Source of the DNA: Podarcis muralis
Lineage: Eukaryota
Direction: 5' to 3'
NCBI RefSeq assembly: GCF_964188315.1
Contig: NC_135670.1
Coordinates: 992,001-1,056,000 of the forward strand
DNA length: 64,000 nt
Below the pieces are notes generated by a model. It had not been told where the DNA came from. It ran no database searches and saw nothing but the letters and a program-made list of their open reading frames with translations. The translations under genes and the position numbers were made by a program. Numbering within the stretch: position 1 is the first letter of the stretch; each line of letters opens with the position of its first letter. This document shows, one piece after another, positions 12,301 through 24,000 of the stretch.

Positions 12301-12674
12301 AAGAAAATAGATGTTTAACATTCCTACTCGAAGAAAGCCACATGGAAAATTGTTCTGAGGATGCCACTGTATGTTTGGTGTAATTGTAGCATACATGAGC
12401 TCACCAAGAGTACACTATAAAGGATATGGTTTTTTACTTACAAGAGTTCATCTATATGCTTTGTGTTTGGGTGCTCATGGAAATCTTTTTCTTCAAATAC
12501 AAAGCCAAAATAATTAGCAATTCCTCCAATGATTAGGTCCCCTCTCTGATAATTCTGGTATGGAAGCTGGAAAGGCTCCATCATGGTGCATCTAGCAGAG
12601 TGTTCCTTGCTCTCAGTTGGAGGCAACTGCAGCCACAAGAAGAGAAGGATCAGAAGCAGAAATGTTCTGACCAT
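5444..12674 (-). CDS. V2R gene B, complete and apparently intact (882 aa)
   Basis: Exons 233+292+867+228+127+902 = 2649 bp, in frame, all GT-AG; VFT, cysteine-rich and 7TM domains ([16 protein letters not shown]). Confidence 0.94.
6705..6831 (-). CDS. V2R B exon 5 (cysteine-rich domain)
   Basis: 127 bp; [14 protein letters not shown]...CCYDCASCP. Confidence 0.93.
7018..7884 (-). mobile_element. Sauria SINE 5' head, split by the 7051-7847 insertion
   Basis: GAACCGCCAACCTTCTGATCCGCAAGTCCTA | insertion | ...TGTGGTTTAATCCATAGCGCCACCCACGTCCC. Confidence 0.8.
7051..7847 (-). mobile_element. Unclassified LTR-like element with terminal hairpin, copy 1
   Basis: TGTTGTGAT(T)CG..GACC / GGTCCCGATCACAACA inverted ends; AATAAAGTTGTGGCC on minus; hairpin at 7824-7847. 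Confidence 0.75.
7885..8030 (-). repeat. Local duplication of the 3' end of B exon 4, its donor site and adjacent intron
   Basis: 73 bp of exon sequence (7958-8030) plus CAG|GTGGGAC; AAAGAATGTCTACATTAAC repeated at ~7885 and ~8060. Confidence 0.88.
8179..8406 (-). CDS. V2R B exon 4
   Basis: 228 bp; [15 protein letters not shown]...WHSFFNQ. Confidence 0.93.
9089..9955 (-). CDS. V2R B exon 3
   Basis: 867 bp; [12 protein letters not shown]...LQPWQ|GTGAG. Confidence 0.94.
10447..10738 (-). CDS. V2R B exon 2
   Basis: 292 bp; [20 protein letters not shown]...KIPQ. Confidence 0.93.
11415..11956. mobile_element. Tigger/mariner-type MITE (~355 bp plus nested insert)
   Basis: TA|CAGTGGTACCTCGCAAGACG ... 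CGTCTTGCGAGGCACCACTG|TA. Confidence 0.92.
11435..11613. mobile_element. hAT-type MITE nested in the Tigger MITE
   Basis: TIRs CAGCGGCGTAGCG / CGCTACGCCACTG; 8-bp TSD GCAAGACG at 11427-11434 and 11614-11621. Confidence 0.9.
12442..12674 (-). CDS. V2R B exon 1
   Basis: [14 protein letters not shown]...[10 protein letters not shown]; donor TT|GTAAGT. Confidence 0.93.
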
Positions 12675-13484
12675 CTTGGGGCCAAAGGGGATGCTGAAAG
12701 TCAGATTTCTATCTCATCTACCATAAACTTCTTTCCAAGAACATTCATTGAATGACTCTAGGTTGTTTTGATAAAGGGAAAATGCCAATGACCTTATCCA
12801 TGAAGACCTGCATGTTCAGAATTTTTCATTGGGTCTCTAAATGACACAGGATTTATTTTTTATACACTTTCACAATCTGACATTGATTGTGTTCATGGCC
12901 TGATAAAGTTTACATGGGGTTTGGCAAGATGGATGATAAAACCCAGCAATTTGAGATAATTACTGGTTATTGAGCTCTGTGACTTCTAGTAAGATCAAAA
13001 TAATAATGCATATTTGTTACTGAGTAGTACTCTTGTAATTTTGAGTGCCCCAGGCAAGCAAGCAGTCCAGCTGCAAACTGTTGATCTGAAGGGAGCTTCC
13101 TAGTTTCCCCAAAACTCTTCCTCAATCACATTTCCCCTAACTTTACGTGTCACCAATGAAGACATGATTTTCAGCATTTGAGACCCCAAGGATGCTACCT
13201 TGTACACCTATGGGGGGGGAGGAAATAGTTAAAATAATACAGATTCCAGTTGCAGGCGCAATACAGAGTGTTACATTTCCTTACAAAAGCCAGAAATGGT
13301 TAGTGTTGTGCTGTGGCCACAGTGTAGCTTGATTTCAGTAAAGCTTGTGAAGAAACTGAGAAAATGTGGGTTGAATGAGGGAACTGTTAGGTAGATTGGT
13401 AGCTGGTTGACTGACCGAACCCCTTTTGTTGCAGACAGGGTCATGTCCTGGCCAGTTGTGCTCAAAAGCATTGCCACAGAATCA

Positions 13485-13531
<47 letters not shown>

Positions 13532-16500
13532 TTATTTATGCCCCACCATCTGGCTGGGCTTCCCCAGCCACTCTGGGCGGCTTCCAAAAAATATATTAAA
13601 ATACTATAATACATCAAACATTAAAAACTTCCCTAAATAGGGCTGCCTTCAGATGTCTTCTAAAAGTCTGGTAGTTGTTCTTCTCTTTGACATCTGGTGC
13701 GAGGGCGTTCCACAGGGAAGGCGCCACTACCGAGAAGGCCCTCTGCCTGGTTCCCTGTAACTTGGCTTCTCACAGTGAGGGAACCCCCAGAAGGCCCTTG
13801 ACACTGGACCTCAGTGTCTGGCCTGAACAATGGGGGTGGAGACACTCCTTCAGGTCTACTGAGCCGAGGCTGTTTAGAGCTTTAAAGGTCAGCACCAACA
13901 CCTTGAATTGTGCTTGGAAACCTACTGGGAGCCAATGTAGGTCTTTCAGGACTGGTGCTATGTGGTCTCTGCGGCTGCTCCCAGTCACCAGTCTAGCTGC
14001 CACGTTTTGGATTAGTTGTAGTTTCCGGGTCACCTTCAAAGGTAGCCCCACATAGAGCGCATTGCAGTAGTCCAAGCGGGAGATAACCAGAGCATGCACC
14101 ACTCTGGCAAGGCAGTCCGCAGGCAGATAGGGTCTCAGCCTGCGTACCAGATGGAGCTGGTAAACAGCTGCCCTGGACACAGAATTGACCTGCGCGTCCA
14201 TGGACAGCTGAGTCCAGAATGATTCCCAGGCTGCACACCTGGTCCTTCAGGGGCACAGTTACCCCATTCAGAACCAGGGAATCCTCCACACCTGCCCGCC
14301 TCCTGTCCCCCAAAAAAGTACTTCTGTCTTGTCAGGATTCAACCTCAATCTGTTAGCCGCCATCCATCCTCCAACCGCCTCCAGACACTCACACAGGACC
14401 TTCACCGCTTTCACTGGTTTTGATTTGAAAGAGAGGTAGAGCTGGGTATCATCCGCATACTGATGAACACCCAGCCCAAACCTCCTGATGATCTCTCCCA
14501 GTGGCTTCATGTAGATGTTGAAAAGCATGGGGGAGAGGACAGAACCCTGCGGCACCCCACAAGTGAGAGCCCAGGGGTCTGAACACTCATTCCCCACCAC
14601 CATTTTCTGAACACAGCCCAGGATGAAGGAGCAGGACCACTGTATGACAGTGCCCCCAGCTCCCAGCCCCTCTAGACGGTCCAGAAGGATGTTATGGTCG
14701 ATGGTGTCAAAAGCCGCTGAGATATCCAGCAGAACTAGGAAACAGCTCTCACCTTTGTCCCTAGCCCACCAGAGATCACTGACCAGCACGACCATGGCAT
14801 TTTCGGTCCCATGGTGAGGCCTGAATCCCGACTGGAAGGCATCCAAATGGTCCGCATCCTCCAGGCGTGCCTGGAGTTGTTCAGCAACCACTCGCTCAAT
14901 CACCTTGCCCAAGAATGGAAGATTTGAGACTGGGCGATAGTTGGCCATCGTGGCCGCATCTAAAGATGGTTTTTTAAGAAGCGGTTTAATAACCGCCTCT
15001 TTCAGCGGGTCTGAGAAAGCTCCCTCACAGAGAGAAGCATTCACCACCCCACAAAGCCCATCGCCCAGCCCTTCCTGGCTAGCTTTTATAAGCCAGGATG
15101 GGCAAGGATCCAGGAGACAGGTGGTTGGTTTCACTCGTCCAAGCAGCCTGTCCACATCCTCGGGGGTAACAGATTGGAATTGATCCCACACAACTTGACT
15201 AGACAGGACTCTAACACTCTCCCGCCCTGGCCCTGCTCCCACGGTGGAGTCTACTTCTTCCCGAATCTGAGCGACTTTATCTGCAAAAAACTTTGCAAAA
15301 TCATTGCAGGAGATCATGTGGCCCGTACTGGGCCCTGATGGAGCAGGTGGTTCCGCTAAATTGCGAACCACCTGAAAGAGTCTCCTGCTGCTGTTTTCCG
15401 CAGATGCAATAGAGGCGGTGAAGAAAGTCTTCGCCGTCGCTATCGCCACTTGGTAGGCTCGACATTGAGCTCTAACCCGTGTCCGGTCAGATTCAGAATG
15501 GGTTATCTGCCACCGGCGCTCTAGCCGTCTCAACGATTGTTTCATTGCCCTCAGATCCATGGAAAACCACAGGGGTGTCCGGGCTCCATGCAATTGGAGA
15601 GGGCGCTTTGGAGCCAAACAGTCAACAGCCCTGGTTAACTCCACATTCCAGCGGGCCACCAGGGAATCAGCTGAAAGGCCATCAACTTGGGATAAAGCAT
15701 CCCCTACCACTCTCTGGAAACCATTTGGATCCATTAAGTGGCGGGGGCGGACCATCCGAATCGGTCCCACCTCCCTGCAGAGGGGAAGGGTCGCGGAGAA
15801 GTCCAGTTGCACCAGGAAGTGATCTGACCATGGCACTTCTTTTGTTTCACTATTACTTAGTGTCAGACCACCCACATCACTAGAGGTGAACACCAGGTCT
15901 AAGGCATGTCCATGACTATGAGTTGGGTCAGACTTATTCAGGGACAGCCCCATTGGGCCATGTTTTCCACGAAGTCCCGAGCGGACCCTTGTAAGGTCGT
16001 GTCGGCATGGATATTAAAATCCCCTAGGACAACCAAGCTAGGTGTCTCCAGGAGAAGAACCGCCACAACCTGAAGCAGCTCAGGCAGGGAATCCTTGGTG
16101 CAGCGGGGAGGTTGGTACACCAAAAGGAATCCTGTACTGCTCCTATTGCCCAACTTCCAGAACATGCACTCAGAGAACTGGGTCTTTCCAATAGGACTCC
16201 TGGTGCAAACTAATGACTTCCTAAAAATCACTGCAACCCCCCCTCCCCGCCCACAAGGCCTGGGTTGCTGTGCGTAAGAAAAACCTGGTGGAAAAGCAGC
16301 GGCAAAGACAGGCCCATCTGCTTCATTCAACCAAGTCTCTGTTACACATGCCAGGTCAAATCCTCCATCCACGATCAAGTCATGGATCACAATGGTTTTA
16401 TGGATCATTGACCTGGCATTGCACAGCAGCACCTTCAGGTCGTGTGGGTATCCCTTGCTGATTCCAGTATCCGTCCGGTCAGGACCAGACCTGGAGGCAG

Positions 16501-16950
16501 GGATAGTCCTCAGACAACGACTAAGCCTGCTTCCTCAGTAATGACATGGTCTGGTCTTAGCGTAACTCCTCCTCCTACCCATGATCACTGAGATCGGTTG
16601 TCCCAGTGCATCCCCCCCCCCCGTGGAACCTGCCCCAGCCATTTTGTTTGCTGGGACCCACTCCCAGGCAGCCCTGACCCCTCCCCTTAAAATCAAATTA
16701 AAACCTATACAAAAAACAAACTAACAGAACAACAAAAATATGAAAACAAAAAACAGAAAGTTACAAACACAACATAATTAAATTAAACAAATTCCCACAC
16801 CCAGCTAAACACCCATCCCACCCCACACACCTGGGGCCTCCTTGGAGCCTTATATGCTGTGGTGGAGTATGGGGCCCGCCCCCAGGCCCAAGGTGGAAAA
16901 TGGGCTTCCAGGGGGAGCGGTCCTCCCTAAAATTCATGGAAGAGCGGCAG
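13485..16950 (-). mobile_element. L2-clade LINE, long and frameshifted (APE endonuclease + RT)
   Basis: ORFs 15938-16432 (LLCNARS, VVLGDFNIH), 14268-15953 (GVPQGSVLSP, YADDTQLY) and 13770-14201 (LHWLP); (TAT)n tail at 13485-13531; 5' boundary approximate. Confidence 0.88.
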
Positions 16951-17193
16951 CAGCAGCAGCAATCAATTCACCACTGCCATAATTGTGTCCTCACAATTTC
17001 TCCCAAAGGAGCTCTTAGGGTCGCTCCAAATCTTTTTTATTGTTTACTTGTTAATTCCTGAATTATTTGTTAACTTGTTGATTGTTTAATTTCTAGGGAC
17101 ATGAGTAACCCAGATTTCTAATTACATACATGTAAATAAAACAGAAATAACAGACACCTAGAATTACAAGCATGATTCAGACTTCTGGATTAT

Positions 17194-18095
17194 TTAAAAC
17201 TGTCTTCTTATTAGCTGCTCCCTGCTGTTCAGCTCAGGCCTCAGTAAAATAACATAGCATTTGGGGGAAAAGATGCAGCCCAGTAACCCACAACTGGAGG
17301 CCAAGATGGAGAAGATCTCCACAGCCACCATGTATTTGCCCTTGGTGCTCAAGTAGGTTGGAACAAAGGAGAGCCACACACTGCAAAAGACCAACATGCT
17401 GAAGGTGATGAATTTGGCTTCATTGAAACTGTCAGGCAACTTTCTAGCTAGGAAAGCCACTGTGAAGCTCACCATGGCCAGCCAACCCATGAATCCCAGG
17501 ACACAATAAAACATAAGAGTGGAGCCTTCATTACATTCTAGTATTATTTCTTCAGTCATTGAGTCCATGTCAACGTCTGGGAAAGGAGGAGAAGTTGCCA
17601 GCCATGTGCTACAGATTGTGGCTTGAATAAAAGAGCAGGAAAGAACAATGGAGCTGGCCAGTTGTTTCCCCAGCCACTTCCTCATGCTGGACCCAGGCTT
17701 GGTAGCCATGAAAGCCAGAACCACAATGGCAGTTTTGGCCAAGATGCAAGAAATTGCCACTGAGAAGATCATGCCAAAAGCAGTTTGTCGAAGGAGGCAG
17801 GTGACTTCCTGAGGCTGGCCGATGAAGAGCAGAGCACAAAGGAAGGAGAGGAGGAGGAAAAGGAGGAGAATATAAGTGAGGTTGCGGTTGTTGGCTTTGA
17901 CTATGGGAGTATCTCTGTGCTTTGTGAATATCTGAAGCACCAAAGCTGTGATGCAGGAAAAGAAGAGGGCCAACGTGGCCAAACTGATCCCCAACGGTTC
18001 TCCATAAGACAAGAAAGTTTTGCCTTTGGGGAGGCAGCCGTCCTGTTCATTGTTTGCATATTGATCTCCAGGGCATTCTAAACAGTCGTCCATGT
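17194..18095 (-). CDS. V2R C exon 6 (7TM)
   Basis: 902 bp; DMDDCLECP...[11 protein letters not shown]...RRQF. Confidence 0.95.
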
Positions 18096-21000
18096 CTGAA
18101 AATGAAAAAGAAATAAAGAAATCGCAGTGAAACAAAAAGGTCTTTTGTCACGAAATTGGCACAGTGCATCTAAGAGATGCCAGAATGTATACTTGCTACT
18201 TCCATACTGTTTTCCCACTAGAGAAAGGAGCTTCTGATGCACAGGTAAAATTAAAACGTGTCATGCATTCCTTACCCTCCTTGTTTGAGATCTTCCCTTC
18301 TGGACACGGAAGGCAATCATAGCAGCAGAATGGCTTTCCTTCCTTCTTGTTCTTTCTATAACCTACATGACAATTCTCATTACACAGAGAAGTGGGTTGT
18401 GCCTGTTCATAAATGAAAGAAGGAAATTGTTTAGGAGTTTGCATCTCACTGACCTATCTTCTAATAGTAAACATGATAGTTAAGTAATAGATTGTTTTGG
18501 ATTTTTTGTTTTATCTAAAGATGATCTTAAATCCTGCTCTAACTGTAGCATTGGAACTTCTACCATTACTCCAGTACCTTTGCCTTTATGAAAACCATAT
18601 TGGTAAGTGAACTTCTTCAGAGATTAGCATGGCAATATCTTATCAAATTAGAAAATATTTGCTTGCAGAGTTACCTTCTTCATCACTTGCATGTGTCTTA
18701 CAATTTTCTTTTGCAGAGCCAGGCGCTAAAAATCATTGGTTTGTACCTGGGGTTTCTGTGAACATTCACTGTTAATCATTTAACTCTGAAGCCAATGTAA
18801 AGGAATGTGTTTTGTATCTTTACCATAATGCTGCAAACCAATGAGAAAGTTTAAATAATGGATTGACTGTGCCTGGAGTAATTGTGGGGTACAAATTAGG
18901 GCTGTGGAACAGATTTGGCCAAATCCCAAGATGAATTGGGCTGATTCTGAAGGAAAGGCAGGCAGTTTCTGCAAAAATCAGCACAGAGCTCTTTGCATCA
19001 GAACTTTCTAATAGCCCCACACTGCACTTTGGATATGTGTGCTTGTTCCAAGCTGGTGGACACATGAGTGCAGTCAAATGGAGCTGGATTGAAATCTCCA
19101 TTCACCAGCTTCTGAGTAGCGGTCCAGTCCTGCAGGCTGCAGGGGTCTTCTTCACAGTGGGTTCCTAGAAAGATTAAATCTTTCTGCTTTTGACCATTAT
19201 GTCTGAAAGAAGTTGATTTTGGCCCCAGGTGTTCCCTGGGCCAGACCCAGAATGGTTTGGGGGGCCTGTTCACAATCCTGAGAATGAAGGATGGAACAAT
19301 AATAATGTTTATATTAATTAAAAGACATGCTGGGCTTCCTCAAATTTCATTGACTAGTGACACTTTCTTTCTAGCTGAGACACTTCTGCAAATAGACATA
19401 GAAACAAGATAGCTTTCCTTTTATCAGTGCTACAGCCTGATATTTCCTTCACAGATTAAGTCCACTTCTGATAATTGATGAATCAATGTGTTGCAATGAG
19501 GCAGTTTTGGGACACTGAGCAAAAAACTAATGAAAACCTTGAATAAATTCTTACCTGGTTGAACCAGTTGGGCCACATGATACCCTCATCATGAATGGTT
19601 AACCTCTTCTCTGGGGGAGCTTGTGGGTCCATTGTTCCAACTTTGACTCTCAGAAAGGACTGATTTGGGAATGTGACCCAATTTACTATATCAAATCTAG
19701 CTACTAATTTTGCATTTTGGTCAAAAGAAACTTCTTCCCCAACACTATTATTAAATGAAACTCTTCCCAGAAAGTGGTGGAGCTAAGTTTGAAGAGGGAA
19801 AAAAGCAATAAATGAAGATGCCAAAAATGATTAAATATTAATAATATTGGTACAAATAGAGTGCTTATCTTTAGCATTTAAGAGGTATAGTTCATGGTCT
19901 CTTTAAAATATGTATGTTAGTGTCTTTCTCTCTGTGTTTTTAATGAGTCTCTTCTTCAGAAATGGATGGAGCTAAAAAGGAAAAAGGAATTAATGAGCTG
20001 TGCTATTTTCTAGACAAAGAGGTGCTGGAACTCACCACAAACACCTCCCTCGTTCCCTTGGAATGGAATGGCGCCCCCCTGAGAGGGAACAGAACTGAGT
20101 TCCAGCGAGTTCTGGTTGAAAAAAGCCCTGCTCATGAGGATATACAAAACAGGGACATTGTAGAACACAATATTCATTTAAATGTTTTGTGAAGGCTAAT
20201 TTCAATTGTAGCAATGTTCATTGTGGAGGTAAGATGTGGTTCTTTAAAGAATTACAGTAAGTCTTGGCCTAAATTTCAGGCCAAGACTTACTGTAGTGAC
20301 CAAAAACCCAAAAGAGAGTTTATCAAGGACATTAGAAATAATCCAAGACTTTGAAAAGGGAGTGGGATTTAAACTTAATAGCTCAAAAACAAAACTCCTG
20401 GTTAAAAACTTAACAATATAACAAAGAGAAGATTTGGAAAAAATCTTGAATCTGTCAAAAAGTAAAGTTCTTGGGAATATGGATAACCTCAAAAATTATC
20501 TATATATTTCAAGAGATTTATATAAAAACATGGACTGAAATCAAGAGAAACGTAGATATATGTAGTAGAGTGAAAATGTGTTTTTGGGGAATGATATCCA
20601 CCATAAAAATGAATGTGCTACGAACAATACTCCTTTTGTTTCAAAAAATTCCTGTAATGGCTGCCTTCAAAAATGGCAGAGACATTTCAAAATACATCTG
20701 GCAGGGAAAGAGACCAAGGATCAAACATAAACTCCTAATTGATATCAAGGAAAGGGGGGCTTCTCTCTGCTGGATCTTAAATTATACTACGAGGCAGCCT
20801 GCCTAACTTGGATTAGAGAGCAGTACACATTAGAAGATTCTGACCTATTAGATTTGAAGGACTAAGGCAATCGGTATGGTTGGCACGCTTATTTATCATA
20901 TGATAAAGTAAAGATTCACAAGAACTTCCTAAACCATATCATAAGAAAATCTCTGTATTCGGTTTGGACAAGATACAGAGATCTCTTGGAACCTAAAACA

Positions 21001-24000
21001 CCTGGTGGATATCCCCCCAGAGGCAAATACTGTGAAAAAGAAAAAATATGAAAGAGATTTGGCCCACATATAAGGTATTATTTAAAAAAGCCATTTCCCA
21101 TTCCCTGGGAAATGACGTTGTGGGCTGGGAGCCAGCCCTTCCCACGTGCACAGGGCGGGATAGCCCTTGCGCCATTGGATGGTCCTCGTCCACGTCATCC
21201 TTAGGTCATCCAATCCTGATGGTCTGGGGGTGTGGCACGGGCTATTTAAACTGCCTGTGGCCGAGGACTCGTCCTGTTTTCTCCCTCCCTCCCTCCCTTA
21301 GGTTAGGCTCTTTATCTCCTGACCTTGCTGCGGACCTCGGTTGATCGCCTTGGTTGTCCAAAGGGCCTGGTCAGAATTTTTTCCCACTTGACAAATTGGC
21401 ACTGGCCATTTGGTTTTTTGCCTACCTCGTAGCAAATTGTCACAACTTTGTAAGGTTTGGCAGTTAGGCATTGGAGTATTTGGTTGGAAGTGATGGGAGG
21501 TAGTAGCCTACCCCTCCTAATTTAAGGGTATTCCTTTAAAGGAATCTGGGGGTGTGGTCTCTGTCCAAAGCCCCAGACAGGGGGCTAGGGCCATGGCATG
21601 AACCCTAGCGATGACCCTGGGGGAGTTCCTCATTGATGTGCATCAGCAGGGCTCCCCCTACTGGTGGTTATCCCTTCCAAGACTCCTGCAGACGTGCAGG
21701 AGTTAGATATAGTTGTGTGGTTTCCCATGCCTAAGCCAATGCCACTCACATTCCGTAACCAATAAAGTTGTGGCCTTTTTCACCCATTAACCTAAAATAC
21801 TGTTTCATGTGTCTTTATTCCACTTCCCAGGTGGGTCTGGGACCTTGCCACGCAAAGAAGAGAACCAACTAAAACTCAAAAAAATTGAAGAAATAAGAGA
21901 CCACTTGACAGACTTGTTCCAATAGCATCAATTATTTGAAACATTTTAAGCCGATAAAAGAAAGGGATTTGCGACAGAACCTTCTAGATTAGAGGAAGAC
22001 CTGATTAATTCAAACGGGAAAACTTTGTCTAAAATGTACATGGGAAGTCAAGGAGGAGGAGGTTAAATCCATTATGATAAAATGGGCCCAGGACTTTGGG
22101 TACAACATCTTAATGAAGGACTGGAAAAATTAACATGAAATTCACTGCTTGCTACATATTGAGAGAAAACTTTTTGGAAATGCAGTATCGTTGTTACATG
22201 ACTCCATTAAAACTATCGAAAATGTACAAAAACATATCAAATCAATGTTGGAGGTGTGGAGAAGCAGTGGGTTTGATGTTGCACATGTGCTGGACATGTA
22301 AAAAAAAAAATAGAGTGTTTTGAGATGAGATCTATATGGAACTTAAGAAAATGTTCAGGGTTTCATTCAAGAGAGCCAGTGTGGTGTAGTGGTTAAGAGC
22401 GGTAGTCTTGTAATCTGGTGAACCGGGTTCGCGTCTCCGCTCCTCCACCTGCAGCTGCTGGGTGACCTTGGGCCAGTCACACTTCTCTGAAGTCTCTGAG
22501 CCTCACTCACCTCACAGAGTGTTTGTTGTGGGGGAGGAAGGGAAAGGAGAATGTGAGCCGCTTTGAGACTCCTTAAAGGGAGTGAAAGGTGNNNNNNNNN
22601 NNNNNNNNNNNNNNNNNNNNNNNNNNNNNNNNNNNNNNNNNNNNNNNNNNNNNNNNNNNNNNNNNNNNNNNNNNNNNNNNNNNNNNNNNNNNNNNNNNNN
22701 NNNNNNNNNNNNNNNNNNNNNNNNNNNNNTTTCCTCCTTCGAATAGTAGGTCCTGATATACCAAAGACCATAAGGGAATTATTTTTATAGGCAACTGTGG
22801 CCGCAAGAATCCTTATAGCTTCAAATTGGAAAGGCAAAAACATACCATTAAAATTGGAGTGGCAACAAAAGCTAGTGGAATATGCAGAGCTGACTAAGCT
22901 AACAGAAAAAATAAGAGACAACACAGACCTAATATTTATAAACAAATGGTGTTTATTTAAAAGATATATTAAAGAATGCTGTAACAATACAATGTCTGTG
23001 GCAGCCCTCGAATAACTTCTGTACTGAAATGATTTAGCGTAAAGAAGTATAATATCAATGCCAAGCTAATATCGAAAACTGAGATAGCTAGTGCACTAAG
23101 TAAATGAAGAAATAAAAGCATTTGGAGTAGACGGGAAGTCGATCAGTCTGGTGGAAGATTTTGAAGACTATGTTATCATAACAAGTATTAAAACTTTCTT
23201 GTTGTGGTTCATATATGGTGAATTTCGATTTGGTGTTGCGTTTTACTAAGTTGAATAAAGCGAAGAAGAAGAAGAAGAAGAAGAAGAAGAAGAAGAAGAA
23301 GAAGAAGAAGAAGAAGAAGAAGAGCCCTACATTTCATAGAACTTATACCACAAATATTAGACAGGATGTTCCTTTAGATAGGTGGAGAAGCTATGTAGAT
23401 AAGCTGCTCATCACTTTCCAGACATGATATCTTGTATCTAGCAATCTACAGCCATATTTTGCTATTCAAAGGACAAGTGAACCCACTTTAAAGTGATGGC
23501 AGCATTTCATCCACTATGTTTTCCTAACCATTAGTGGATAGTTACTTCCTCCCAGAGAGAAAAGTGGAATGGGTTTCCCCTACTGACAAAGGTACTCAGG
23601 AGAAGTCCCCATTTTAGCTCAGCTCCAGTGTTGATTACAGACATCTGTATTAACTGGAAGACAACTTTACCTGCCACGGCTGAAGATCTGTAAGTTTCCA
23701 CCTTGCTCCACCTGCCATTGCTCTACAATTTAATTTGGTGGACTGCATGGTGTGCAAAGCATGTGCCAAAATATAGATTGCATTGTAGATGCTGTAGCTG
23801 TGGGCTGTCATGCTCGTTTCAAAAACAGACCCAGGAAGGCTCTCAATATTCTCCTCCCCAGTGCAGAATTTGTCATCTTTCTTCTCTGAAGCAGGGTCAG
23901 GGAAGCCACAATTAAATGCCTCTTCCCAGAAAACCCTGAGAAAGCCATCTTCTTTTTCCAAGGTAGGGTTTCTCATCTGAATAAATTTCTGGAACCCTGG

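Larger units (their letters stand above)
4997..13176. repeat. Segmental duplication copy 1 (gene B block), paralogous to 29415-36422
   Basis: Colinear identity through 3' flank, exons, introns and 5' flank; both copies stop matching after GACATGATTTTCAG. Confidence 0.9.
19960..23321 (+). mobile_element. Fragmented L1-clade LINE (ORF2 C-terminus, 3' UTR, AATAAA, (AAG)n tail), interrupted by two elements and a gap
   Basis: Peptides [40 protein letters not shown] and [11 protein letters not shown]; boundaries approximate. Confidence 0.8.

Noticed and set aside
22371-22450. tRNA-like sequence with A/B boxes
   Set aside because: It is a SINE head continuing into CORE and tail sequence; no complete cloverleaf.
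23215-23427. Poly-Lys ORF (also the poly-Ile ORF at 13407-13640)
   Set aside because: Translations of (AAG)n and (ATA)n retrotransposon tails.
18403-23670. Gene C as a pseudogene lacking exon 4
   Set aside because: Exon 4 is present and intact at 19555-19782; it is simply absent from the ORF track.
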